Below, piece by piece: positions 17,578 to 26,269 of a stretch of 64,000 nt of DNA (within the stretch, counting starts at the first letter, position 1; every line of letters starts with the position of its first letter). A program made the translations under genes and the position numbers. Where the stretch lies: the IMG/VR virus record IMGVR_UViG_3300012277_000001, positions 186,001 to 250,000 of that record; one strand, given 5' to 3'. The notes under the pieces are model-generated. The model was not told the origin of the DNA and did no database searches. It saw only the letters and a program-made list of their open reading frames with translations. The DNA comes from an uncultured virus (IMG/VR IMGVR_UViG_3300012277_000001) (taxonomy: Duplodnaviria; Heunggongvirae; Uroviricota; Caudoviricetes).

Positions 17578-18047
17578 CCGACACTGAAGATTTGCTCACT
17601 GTTCCTAGCACCGTAAATGCACTGGATCGCATCGTACTGCGCCAGTCCGTACAGCATCTGCAACAGCAAATCGCAACTAGCCTTAGTGAAGCAGTGAGCG
17701 AAAGTTTGTTCGATAAAACTCCGCAAGAAATGATAGCCCGGTGCGATGCCATGCTGGCGGATATGCATGAGAAAAAACTGATTGGTGCCGACCTGAAGGC
17801 CATCGACTCGAAAATCTGCACGAAGTACGAAATCCACGACGACAAAAATCGCTGCCTCGTTCGCCTCATGGACGAAAACGATAGCGATATCAAATTCATC
17901 TGGTTACGCGGTCGTCGCAAGGCACACAAGATTGGTCGCCAGCATATCGGTTCCGTCTACCTTGCGTTCTCTGCTGTACCTGTCCCATTGAAACGGGTTG
18001 TCTTTCAAGTGCAGGTTGAGACAAAGCCACGGGAGTTCCGTCACTGA
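17574..18047 (+). CDS. Tail-sheath C-terminal-domain-like protein with an inserted basic module
   Basis: NALDRIVLR and PVPLKRVVF align by eye with sheath SGFQNVNVRR and PSIPAKRASL. Confidence 0.55.
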   Translation: MTDTEDLLTVPSTVNALDRIVLRQSVQHLQQQIATSLSEAVSESLFDKTPQEMIARCDAMLADMHEKKLIGADLKAIDSKICTKYEIHDDKNRCLVRLMDENDSDIKFIWLRGRRKAHKIGRQHIGSVYLAFSAVPVPLKRVVFQVQVETKPREFRH

Positions 18048-18349
18048 TGGCAACTGTAAATACAATGAAGCGTGAGCTTTTCGTCTTGATCATCAATCAT
18101 CTGGAACGGGAAGCACGGCCCGCAACGCAGGGCTTGAAAGGTAGCGCGAAACAGCAGGCATTTCGCAAGTATGTGAACGACCGTTATCTGCACATCGGTC
18201 GCCCGCTGAATCTCGAATTCACTCCATTTTTCCAGTTGGATGACCCACTGGACGAACACGAAAAGATGCTCGAATCCGATCTGGATGTTCTGATTGGTAT
18301 CGCATCGAAACTCGGTTACGTTCTGGAAATCAACTGGTCCCGTCGTTAG
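18047..18349 (+). CDS. Hypothetical protein
   Basis: ORF directly upstream of sbcD. Confidence 0.5.
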   Translation: MATVNTMKRELFVLIINHLEREARPATQGLKGSAKQQAFRKYVNDRYLHIGRPLNLEFTPFFQLDDPLDEHEKMLESDLDVLIGIASKLGYVLEINWSRR

Positions 18350-18358
18350 GAAACCATT

Positions 18359-19405
18359 GTGGCAAAACAATTTGAAGCCGTTTTCACCTCGGACTGGCAT
18401 TTGACCGGTTTGAATAAACATTTCCAAGATGCAGATGATCGCATCCTGTCCGAAGGCCGGAAAATCTTTCAGTACGCGCTGAATAACGGCATCAAATACG
18501 TGATCATTCCGGGTGACATTTCCGATCATCCGTTCCTGCCTTACGACACGTACACCAGCCTGTTCAACCTGTTCTACGAATACGACAAACTGCTGACCAT
18601 TATCTACGTGGCAGGCAACCATGATTTCGAGAATATCGAAAACATGTCCATGAATTTCATGCGTCGTTTGTCCAAGACCAAAGCCTTCAAGAACCTGCGT
18701 ATTGTGCTCAAGCCTGAGCGTATCGAAATCGAAGGTGTGCCGGTCAACCTGCTGCCGTATCCATGCTTGAAAACTCTGTCGAAAAAGCAGGGTGCTCTGA
18801 ACGTTGCCCACGTTGAATATACCGGGGCCGTGGGCGACAATGGCCGTACGCTTAAAACCAAGCACGAACTGGAGTCGCACAAAAACGATTTCACCATTAG
18901 CGGGCACATTCACCAATATCAGTACATGGAAAAGAAACGTGCCATTTACTGCGGTAATCCGTTCCAAAAGAACTTCGGTGAAACCAGCGTTAAAGGGTTT
19001 GTGCATGCACGCGTAATTCTGAATGGCGACCGTGTGGATGTTGAGCACAAATTCGTCGAGAATAAACCCGCATTTAGCTTGCAGAACATTCACATTAAAG
19101 ACCTGAATGATTACAAAAAGCTGAAGCATGATTCGAATATCCGATACAAGCTGCATATTGATCCGGATATTCCGGTTCCTGCCGATATCATGCTGCAATA
19201 CCCGAATATCACGGGCGGTATTGTTTATACCGCTGGTAAAGGTAAAGACGTGGCAGAAATTGAAACGCTGAAGATTGAGCGTGCCGATATTGACCCTATG
19301 TTTGGGTTGGCGTCTTTCCTTGGGGCTGAAGGGTTGACCGAAAAAGAAATTCAAATGACGATTAAAGAGGCCAAAAAGGCCCAAAACGCCTGCGGTTTTT
19401 CCTGA
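18359..19405 (+). CDS. sbcD: SbcD/Mre11-like metallophosphoesterase nuclease
   Basis: TSDWH, PGDI, AGNHD and SGHIH motifs; AGGA RBS. Confidence 0.92.
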   Translation: MAKQFEAVFTSDWHLTGLNKHFQDADDRILSEGRKIFQYALNNGIKYVIIPGDISDHPFLPYDTYTSLFNLFYEYDKLLTIIYVAGNHDFENIENMSMNFMRRLSKTKAFKNLRIVLKPERIEIEGVPVNLLPYPCLKTLSKKQGALNVAHVEYTGAVGDNGRTLKTKHELESHKNDFTISGHIHQYQYMEKKRAIYCGNPFQKNFGETSVKGFVHARVILNGDRVDVEHKFVENKPAFSLQNIHIKDLNDYKKLKHDSNIRYKLHIDPDIPVPADIMLQYPNITGGIVYTAGKGKDVAEIETLKIERADIDPMFGLASFLGAEGLTEKEIQMTIKEAKKAQNACGFS

Positions 19406-19450
19406 ATTTTCCGGCACCCTGTCTGGAAAATTTAATTATTCCGACCATAC

Positions 19451-19458
19451 TAATTTAT
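19451..19458 (+). promoter_or_regulatory. TAATTTW motif (putative late promoter); one of at least 7 intergenic copies
   Basis: Copies at 19451, 20992, 25307, 47254, 61327, 61446 and 61854. Confidence 0.65.
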
Positions 19459-19530
19459 TATTAGTTGGTCGGGCATCGCGGCGCTGCGATTAAGGCCTTC
19501 TACTTAAACCTTCAATCGAGGATCACCCCG

Positions 19531-20916
19531 ATGGTCATGAAAGCCGTCCAAAAGGACAAAAGCGTCGAGGCTGTTAAAGCTCGCAAAAAGGCGAAGGTTA
19601 GCCGTCGCCAGAACAAGCACAAAATCAACAAGGCTGCCAAACAGCGTTACGCGAAAATGACTCCGAAAGAGAAACTGGAGTTCCATGCGCGTCAACAGTT
19701 CACCAAGGCCATGCGCCACGGTGCAACCGAAGCTGAAGCCAAGAAAATCGTTGCTGCATGGAAAAAGCGCCGTAAACAGCGTGAATCCGGTTCCCATGCT
19801 GCTGCCCAGCGCCGCGATGCCCACGCCGCCCAGCGTCAAATCCGTGCGCAGCTGAGCCGCAAATCGGATGCCCTGAGCACCCAACACAAAAAAGCACTTC
19901 AGGCCATCAAAGCCAAAGGCAAAACTCCTGCTGCTCGCGCTCAACTGCGTGCCAAGGAAAAAGCCCGTTACGCCGACGCCCGCAAAGCGCTGGCCGCCGA
20001 GCGCATGAAGGCTACCGGTGCTCACAAAAAGGCTCTGAGCAAGATCAAAGCGAAAGGCAAATTCTCGCTGAAATCCATGATCGGCAACTACAAAGAGAAG
20101 CCGATTTCCAGCCAAGGTAAGCGTCTGGTGGATACCGCCAAGAAAGCTGCCCAAGCTGACGTAGCAAAAATCGCCAACAAGCATTTCGGCGGCGCCAAGA
20201 AAAAGGCTCCACGTAAACCGAAAGCTGCTGCCGCTCCTGCCGCTGCCCCGGCCACTCCTGCCGCCCCAGCCCAAAAGCTGAACAAAGACGGTAGCGTTGC
20301 CAAAAAACGCGGTCGCAAACCGAAGTCTGAAACCGCTGCTGCCCCGGCTGCGAAAGCACCTGCCAAGGCGCCGACCAAAAAGGCCGCTGCCAAGAAAGCC
20401 GAAGCCGCTCCTGCGCCGAAGCTGAACAAAGACGGTAGCGTTGCCAAAAAACGTGGTCGTAAGCCGAAGTCGGAAACTGCCGCCGCTCCTGCCGCTCCTG
20501 CTAAAAAGGCTCCGGCCAAAAAAGCAGCCGCGAAAAAAGCTGATGCTGCCCCGGCACAAAAGCTGAACAAGGATGGTAGCGTACCGAAGAAACGCGGTCG
20601 TAAGCCGAAGTCCGAAACCGCTGCTACCCCAGCTGCAAAAGCGCCAGCTAAGGCTCCAAAAGCCAAAGCAGCCAAAGCAGCCAAAGCACCGGCCAAGGCC
20701 CCAAAAGCCAAAGCCAACGTCGAAGCGAAAGAAAAACCAGCAGCCAAAAAGCCCGCTGGTAAAACCGCTCCGAAAAACGCTCCGGCCAAAAAGCAACCGG
20801 CTACCAAGCCAGCCGCTAAAGCCGCTGCGAAAAAACCGGTGAAACAACCTGCTTCGGCTGCGAAAGCACCGGGCAAGAAAACCGGCGGCGCCGTACCGAA
20901 AGCCAAATTCGGTTAA
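19531..20916 (+). CDS. Histone H1-like Lys/Ala/Pro-rich DNA-binding protein with three AT-hook-like repeats
   Basis: GAGGA RBS before ATG at 19531; extreme K/A content; 3 x KLNKDGSV.KKRGRKPKSETAA. Confidence 0.8.
   Translation: MVMKAVQKDKSVEAVKARKKAKVSRRQNKHKINKAAKQRYAKMTPKEKLEFHARQQFTKAMRHGATEAEAKKIVAAWKKRRKQRESGSHAAAQRRDAHAAQRQIRAQLSRKSDALSTQHKKALQAIKAKGKTPAARAQLRAKEKARYADARKALAAERMKATGAHKKALSKIKAKGKFSLKSMIGNYKEKPISSQGKRLVDTAKKAAQADVAKIANKHFGGAKKKAPRKPKAAAAPAAAPATPAAPAQKLNKDGSVAKKRGRKPKSETAAAPAAKAPAKAPTKKAAAKKAEAAPAPKLNKDGSVAKKRGRKPKSETAAAPAAPAKKAPAKKAAAKKADAAPAQKLNKDGSVPKKRGRKPKSETAATPAAKAPAKAPKAKAAKAAKAPAKAPKAKANVEAKEKPAAKKPAGKTAPKNAPAKKQPATKPAAKAAAKKPVKQPASAAKAPGKKTGGAVPKAKFG
20275..20630 (+). 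repeat. Three imperfect direct repeats (about 65-bp conserved core, about 143-bp period) inside the H1-like gene
   Basis: aagctgaacaa(a/g)ga(c/t)ggtagcgt...cg(c/t)ggtcg(c/t)aa(a/g)ccgaagtc at about 20275, 20419 and 20560. Confidence 0.9.
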
Positions 20917-20944
20917 TACCCGAACTGCTTTCACGCAGTAAATG

Positions 20945-20979
20945 AAACCCGTCTCTCTTAATTGGGAGGCGGGTTTTTT
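20945..20979 (+). terminator. Rho-independent terminator
   Basis: AAACCCGTCTCTC-TTAATT-GGGAGGCGGGTTT followed by T-run. Confidence 0.85.
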
Positions 20980-21032
20980 GCGTTTGGACCATAATTTAAT
21001 CGTATATCCCTCATACTTCGGGTGTACGCGCT

Positions 21033-22034
21033 TTGCAAATACAATCCAAATACATCGACGACAATCCTAACATCGTTGATCTAAAAAACGCCCGAAACGC
21101 GAACGAAGTCGTAACGGTTTTAACCCGCATTAACACGGCTACCGGCGTTTTGGTTTCCAAATTCAATCAAAAGAAACTGCCTTATTTGAAAGTTTCTGAC
21201 GGCGTTCAGGCTATGACCTTCTGCGTCGATTCGCTGGTTGAACTGCGTTGTGCGCGTTCCGTTGCACAGGAATTCAGCGACTCCAAACGTGATCGCTGTT
21301 TCCAAATGATTGGTGCCCTGCAATCCAATCTGCGTACGTTCCAAAAGACTCTTATGGACCTGATTGACGGCGTTTGTTCTTCGCGTATGGACAAGCACCT
21401 CAATTACCTTTCGGATATTGTGTATCGTGTGCTGTCCAAAATCAGCCACACGACGCAGCTGCATATCAAACTTCCTGATTACCAGATGATTTGCTTCCGC
21501 ACTGATTCGGGTGTGCAGGATAAGAATGGTTATGTGAGCGGACCTATCACCGTCAAACTGACGCTGCTGGGCGGCGTGTACCGCATTTCCATCCCCGATT
21601 CACCATTTGTTCTTTCCGAAGAAACAGTGGTCGATTCTGCAAAGGATGTGCAGACGTATCTCACGGGCAACATTGCCGATTTCGATTACGTCGGTAAGCC
21701 CGAACCAAAAGACGACAAACTGCTGGCGTCTAAGCTGGTGCAGAATATCGAAGTCACCGATGATCGGCTTAATGTGGTTCTGAAGCCTTTCGTCAAACCG
21801 GAAGATATCAATAAGTTTTTGATGAAGGTTCTGCCCTACTTGAAGCGGGCGGTAAATCTGCCGAATACTGATATCATCCACCGCGTTTCGCAGTACGGGA
21901 ACAATTTCATGATTTCTTTCGTCGTAGGCAAGCGTAAAATCTACGACGTGCAATCACTGAATAAGCTGACTAAGCTGCTGAATGTCGGCAAGTCGGAAAA
22001 AGATAAACTCAACACAATCATGGAACAATCCTAA
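21033..22034 (+). CDS. Hypothetical, probable virion protein
   Basis: 333-aa ORF downstream of a TAATTTAA motif. Confidence 0.6.
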   Translation: MQIQSKYIDDNPNIVDLKNARNANEVVTVLTRINTATGVLVSKFNQKKLPYLKVSDGVQAMTFCVDSLVELRCARSVAQEFSDSKRDRCFQMIGALQSNLRTFQKTLMDLIDGVCSSRMDKHLNYLSDIVYRVLSKISHTTQLHIKLPDYQMICFRTDSGVQDKNGYVSGPITVKLTLLGGVYRISIPDSPFVLSEETVVDSAKDVQTYLTGNIADFDYVGKPEPKDDKLLASKLVQNIEVTDDRLNVVLKPFVKPEDINKFLMKVLPYLKRAVNLPNTDIIHRVSQYGNNFMISFVVGKRKIYDVQSLNKLTKLLNVGKSEKDKLNTIMEQS

Positions 22035-23165
22035 ATGGCTCAAGACCTAAGCTTCATCAAAAAGATGACGCCGGAACAGGCGGCGAAATACTACAAGAAC
22101 CAGAAGAGCAGCTATCGCCGGATCTTGTCGAAGTTCACCAGCCTGCTTCGCATTTTCTTTGGTAAAACTTTCCGTAACAACGTGGCCACCGCTTCCGAAG
22201 TTAAGGTGCGTGAAGTGCGCGGCGGCTCCGATGGTGGCGGTGGTGCTGGCGGCTACGGGCTGACCGTACAAAAGCTGAAGATCCCCGGCAAACGCCAGCT
22301 GCAAAAGAACCTCGATGCCCTCGAAATGCGTGGCGCAATCGACGAACTCGATGCCATTATCGAGAAGTGCAGCAGCACCGAAAACGCGGGCATGAAAGCC
22401 TTGGTCAAAGACATGATCAAGAACCGCAACGCACTGGTGGAAGTCTACACCGAAGCGCTGCACGCAATGTCGGAAATGTCCGACAGCTTCATCCCTGACG
22501 AAGTTGGCGACCTATTCAAGCGCATCCAGAAATACTTCGACGGCATGGAAAAAGAACACGTCGAAGCGCGTGGCGAAACCGATGGGGCCGAAGACGAACT
22601 GGCCTATTACATCAACATCGGTGCCAAAGACGGCGGCATGGATTTCGTGATGAACTGCGATATCACGCACTGGCGCGATATTGTGGAAGGCCATCACAAA
22701 GCCCTGTGCGTCGTGATCACGGCTCGCCTCGAACCTTCCGAATCGGTATTCGGTATCAAGGTGTTCGTGAACATTCTGGATCGTATCGCGCTGCCGTATC
22801 TGTACAACCTCGGCACCGAAATCAAAGGCGAAAACACTTCGGCAATCGCCAAGAACTTCGCCAAGAATATCGACCGCGAAATTGCCCGTCACAACGTGGT
22901 GCTGTTTGCCACCAAAGCCGAACTTGGCCTCGACGCTACCGAAGTGCAGACCTTGTTGTCGAAGATCGAGGGCGTTTCTGGCGTCGTTGTGGAACCGAGC
23001 GAAGTCATTGTCGAATTCCCTGACGACAACCGCGAAATCCAGACCGAGGTTATGCGTGTACTGGGCGGCCTGCGTGAAGTTAAAGCGCTGGTCAAGAAAG
23101 GTTACAGCCAGTCGCTGCGTAACATCGACCTCAACGTTCATTCCTACAGCCTCACGCTGAAGTAA
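22035..23165 (+). CDS. Hypothetical, probable head-internal protein (NVATASE motif)
   Basis: 376-aa ORF with A-x-A-S motif. Confidence 0.6.
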   Translation: MAQDLSFIKKMTPEQAAKYYKNQKSSYRRILSKFTSLLRIFFGKTFRNNVATASEVKVREVRGGSDGGGGAGGYGLTVQKLKIPGKRQLQKNLDALEMRGAIDELDAIIEKCSSTENAGMKALVKDMIKNRNALVEVYTEALHAMSEMSDSFIPDEVGDLFKRIQKYFDGMEKEHVEARGETDGAEDELAYYINIGAKDGGMDFVMNCDITHWRDIVEGHHKALCVVITARLEPSESVFGIKVFVNILDRIALPYLYNLGTEIKGENTSAIAKNFAKNIDREIARHNVVLFATKAELGLDATEVQTLLSKIEGVSGVVVEPSEVIVEFPDDNREIQTEVMRVLGGLREVKALVKKGYSQSLRNIDLNVHSYSLTLK

Positions 23166-24070
23166 TGCACTATCACATTGCCAAGCCGTTAGATTTCCGT
23201 CTCTCGGCTTGGCCACAAGGCGGCGATAACTACGTCACGACGTACAACACTGATCGTTACCTGATTGATCTGAAAATGGTCCTCGATTATATCGAAGAAT
23301 CCCTGAAGGGTACGCCGATGGCGTTCATTTTCAAAACTTCGTTCACGCTCTTAAACCTGTACTCAATGTATACGGATCGCAGCGTGGGATTGTGCGACAG
23401 CCCGCCGAAAAATGTGATGCGAACTGGCCTTGTGTTTACGTTCGCTCGCACGATTCGCCAATACACCCCGGATCAAAAGGCCGTTCATTCCACGTGGATG
23501 CGCGGCTATACTTGCATTTGGGGTACGGCTGACAACCAATCGGCGGATTACATCAGCATTTCGATTCCGTTAAACATTCTGACGCGTGCGCGCATGCAGC
23601 AGATGATGGACCGGGATCAGCGTCTGTTCTATGACATTGCTGGTGGGTACACGAAGGCTATCATTCGGCAGATGATTGATTTCAGTGGCGGCGTGGACAC
23701 GACTGCGACGAAACTTCTTTACCAGAATATTCCGCGAGCGATGTTTTATACGTCGATCAACGATTGGCAGTACGTTCTGGATTTCTGGAAGCGCATGCCT
23801 GATTTGTTGCACGTGGATTGGACGCCAAAGTTCATTGAGTATTACGTCCGGTACATTGCACCGAATCTGCCTATGCGTCGTCGTAGCAAATATTACGCGC
23901 AGTATGAGGAAGAGGCGCAAGATCATTTGCGTGAATTCCTGTTGCGTTATGTGCAAAACCAAATCAAGCCCGAGGAAGCTGGTTTAGCCGCCCTGCTGCC
24001 TTTGGAAGAAAACGCGCTGCATGATATCGAGACGCTGGTGAAGAACCTGTCTCAAGGGGTTATCGAATGA
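23165..24070 (+). CDS. Hypothetical protein
   Basis: 301-aa ORF; TAATG overlap. Confidence 0.65.
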   Translation: MHYHIAKPLDFRLSAWPQGGDNYVTTYNTDRYLIDLKMVLDYIEESLKGTPMAFIFKTSFTLLNLYSMYTDRSVGLCDSPPKNVMRTGLVFTFARTIRQYTPDQKAVHSTWMRGYTCIWGTADNQSADYISISIPLNILTRARMQQMMDRDQRLFYDIAGGYTKAIIRQMIDFSGGVDTTATKLLYQNIPRAMFYTSINDWQYVLDFWKRMPDLLHVDWTPKFIEYYVRYIAPNLPMRRRSKYYAQYEEEAQDHLREFLLRYVQNQIKPEEAGLAALLPLEENALHDIETLVKNLSQGVIE

Positions 24071-25284
24071 GTGTTTATGAAGGCACTACCTGTTCGATCA
24101 CCGAAGAGTTTTTCGATGAATTCGACGACCCGGTAATCCCCACGGAGAACACACCGGCCCCGTTCGTTCGATTGTTCGATACTGACAAATCGGTGATCGC
24201 TGAAGTTTACGCGAAACCTCACACGTCGAAGCCCGGCCATTGGTTGGCTGACCTGCCGATTCCGAATATGGATCTGCGCGATGCTGTGGAGTTGGTTGCA
24301 AAATGGACGTTTGAGTCGGACACGGGCCGTTATCAAGCCACAACGAAAATTCTGGTTGAGCCTGCAACGCTTGGCCGCGATTCCGACGTTGTGATCATTT
24401 GCGGACGGGACACGCGCATGCAACTCACGGTGCCGGTCACGTACAAACCGCCAGTCGAAGCCGTCAAGGCGAATTTGGCAAAAGGCATCGCGGCCAAACC
24501 TGCAAAAGAAGGCGATTTGCTTACGGTTTCTTTGTACTACAACAACAAAACGGTTTTTGCCGATTGGTCAGTTGAGGACAAAGCAATCAAAGTGGAACGC
24601 ATGAAAAAGCGTACCGTTATCGACATGCCTGCAATCGTAGGCAATCCACAAATGGCGCCCCTCACGCTGCTGGTGGACCACACACCGAAACGTCAGTTGG
24701 CTAAAACCACGCTGACTTACAAAGTGTGGGCGATTACGCCGCAAATTCTGGTGGCCAGTCGGCAACTGGAAGACTATATCAACCGTGCACGGGTTGCGAA
24801 CATCATTCCGGAATTGGAATACACGCAATCCGATATCATGGAATATTTGAGCCGTGGCCTTTCGTTCTTCAATGGGTTGCTGCCAAATATCACCAGCTTT
24901 ACGGGCACCAACATGCAAGGGCCTTTGCTTGATGCATGGCTGACCTGTTCCTGCATTTACGCCCTCGGATCGCAGAACTTGGCAGAAGGTAGCTTGGCAT
25001 TCGACTTTGGCGGGCAAACGGTTAGCTTGAACGTTGACCGAACACCAGCCCTTGAGTCGGCATTGGGGCGAATCGACGCACAAATCGAATCGCAAGTTAA
25101 ACCGCTGAAAAAACTGTTGGGTCGTGCCGGTGTGTTGGGCGGTGATGGTTCAGCAGGCGGCGGGTTCATTGATTCCAGCCGTGCGTTTGGGATCTTGGGC
25201 ATTTCCAACACCGCACTAACACGTATACCGGGTTACGGCGGACGCGGGCAAGTTGCGGGCGGTTCTTTCCGCAATTTCTTCTAA
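24067..25284 (+). CDS. Putative virion structural protein (possible neck/head-completion protein)
   Basis: Beta-rich N-terminus and helical C-terminus; late-gene context. Confidence 0.45.
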   Translation: MSVYEGTTCSITEEFFDEFDDPVIPTENTPAPFVRLFDTDKSVIAEVYAKPHTSKPGHWLADLPIPNMDLRDAVELVAKWTFESDTGRYQATTKILVEPATLGRDSDVVIICGRDTRMQLTVPVTYKPPVEAVKANLAKGIAAKPAKEGDLLTVSLYYNNKTVFADWSVEDKAIKVERMKKRTVIDMPAIVGNPQMAPLTLLVDHTPKRQLAKTTLTYKVWAITPQILVASRQLEDYINRARVANIIPELEYTQSDIMEYLSRGLSFFNGLLPNITSFTGTNMQGPLLDAWLTCSCIYALGSQNLAEGSLAFDFGGQTVSLNVDRTPALESALGRIDAQIESQVKPLKKLLGRAGVLGGDGSAGGGFIDSSRAFGILGISNTALTRIPGYGGRGQVAGGSFRNFF

Positions 25285-25343
25285 ACCAGCGAATTCGAAC
25301 AATTCGTAATTTAATCAATACAAACCTCTGGAGATTCTCCCCA

Positions 25344-26195
25344 ATGGCATTCGATACTCTCAAAGCCAAAAACGCTTTGGTTACTTCGGCCCAAACCGCT
25401 GCCACCAAAGTGCAAATCCGCGAAGCTTTCCCGATTGACGACCGTTTCATGCGGATCGTTGCCGTGGCTTCCGCTGGCGCTACCAAAGACCAAGTTTTCA
25501 ACGGCATCAAAGCCCAGTTCAAAGGCGTGACCCCGATTCACGGTTCCTTTGTTTCGCTGGCCGCTGAACCGACCCTGCACCACTTCGAAGGTATCGTAGG
25601 TGTCGTTTCTGAACGCGTTGTGGTCAATGACGCAAACCGCGAAAGCTTCAAAGCTGTCGCCGCCAACATGTACATGGACGATTCCGAAAATCTGTGGACC
25701 CTGCGCAAAACCGCAGCCGGTGAAGTGATGGTGAAATCGGTGTGTGCCGACGACACTCTGGTCATGCAACAACTGCTGGCCTGCGCTACCCACGACCACA
25801 ACGATTTCCTGAACAAAAACCTGCACATGGAATCCGCACAGGATCGCGCCATGGTGCAGGGCGGTGATTTGATCGCCTACGTTTCGCAGCAAAGCGCCGA
25901 CCTGCAAATGGGCATCGCCTGCGCTTCCATCGAAAACGAAGACGGTTCGCCGACTCCTGAAATCTACGTGACCCGCCCGAACGGCCAAAGCGAAACCGTC
26001 AACCGCGAAATGATCGTGGTTACTGCTGGCACCGTTGAACTGGAAGAACAAGAATCGAAAGATTCTGCCGAAATCGCAGTGGCCTCGGCTGCCGACGTTG
26101 ATCGTTTCTCTTCGTTCTACAGCCGTGTATTCGCACGTCGCCCGGCGTTCTTCGAAGAGTTCATGACCCGCGTTCGTTCGCACGTGTTCTTCTAA
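25344..26195 (+). CDS. Probable virion head protein with repeated AVAS motifs
   Basis: TAATTTAA upstream, GGAGA RBS, own terminator; VAVASA, IACASI, IAVASA. Confidence 0.6.
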   Translation: MAFDTLKAKNALVTSAQTAATKVQIREAFPIDDRFMRIVAVASAGATKDQVFNGIKAQFKGVTPIHGSFVSLAAEPTLHHFEGIVGVVSERVVVNDANRESFKAVAANMYMDDSENLWTLRKTAAGEVMVKSVCADDTLVMQQLLACATHDHNDFLNKNLHMESAQDRAMVQGGDLIAYVSQQSADLQMGIACASIENEDGSPTPEIYVTRPNGQSETVNREMIVVTAGTVELEEQESKDSAEIAVASAADVDRFSSFYSRVFARRPAFFEEFMTRVRSHVFF

Positions 26196-26216
26196 GAAAC
26201 ATAGCTGGAAATTCAG

Positions 26217-26239
26217 AAGGGGGCCATGCGCCCCCTTTT
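26217..26239 (+). terminator. Rho-independent terminator
   Basis: AAGGGGGC-CATGC-GCCCCCTT-TT. Confidence 0.85.
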
Positions 26240-26269
26240 GTCGGTTTGGTGTGACATTAGGGGCGATGT

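Noticed and set aside
20275..20630. Spaced direct repeats as a CRISPR-like array
   Set aside because: The repeats are in-frame coding units that differ mostly at synonymous positions, and no cas genes are present.
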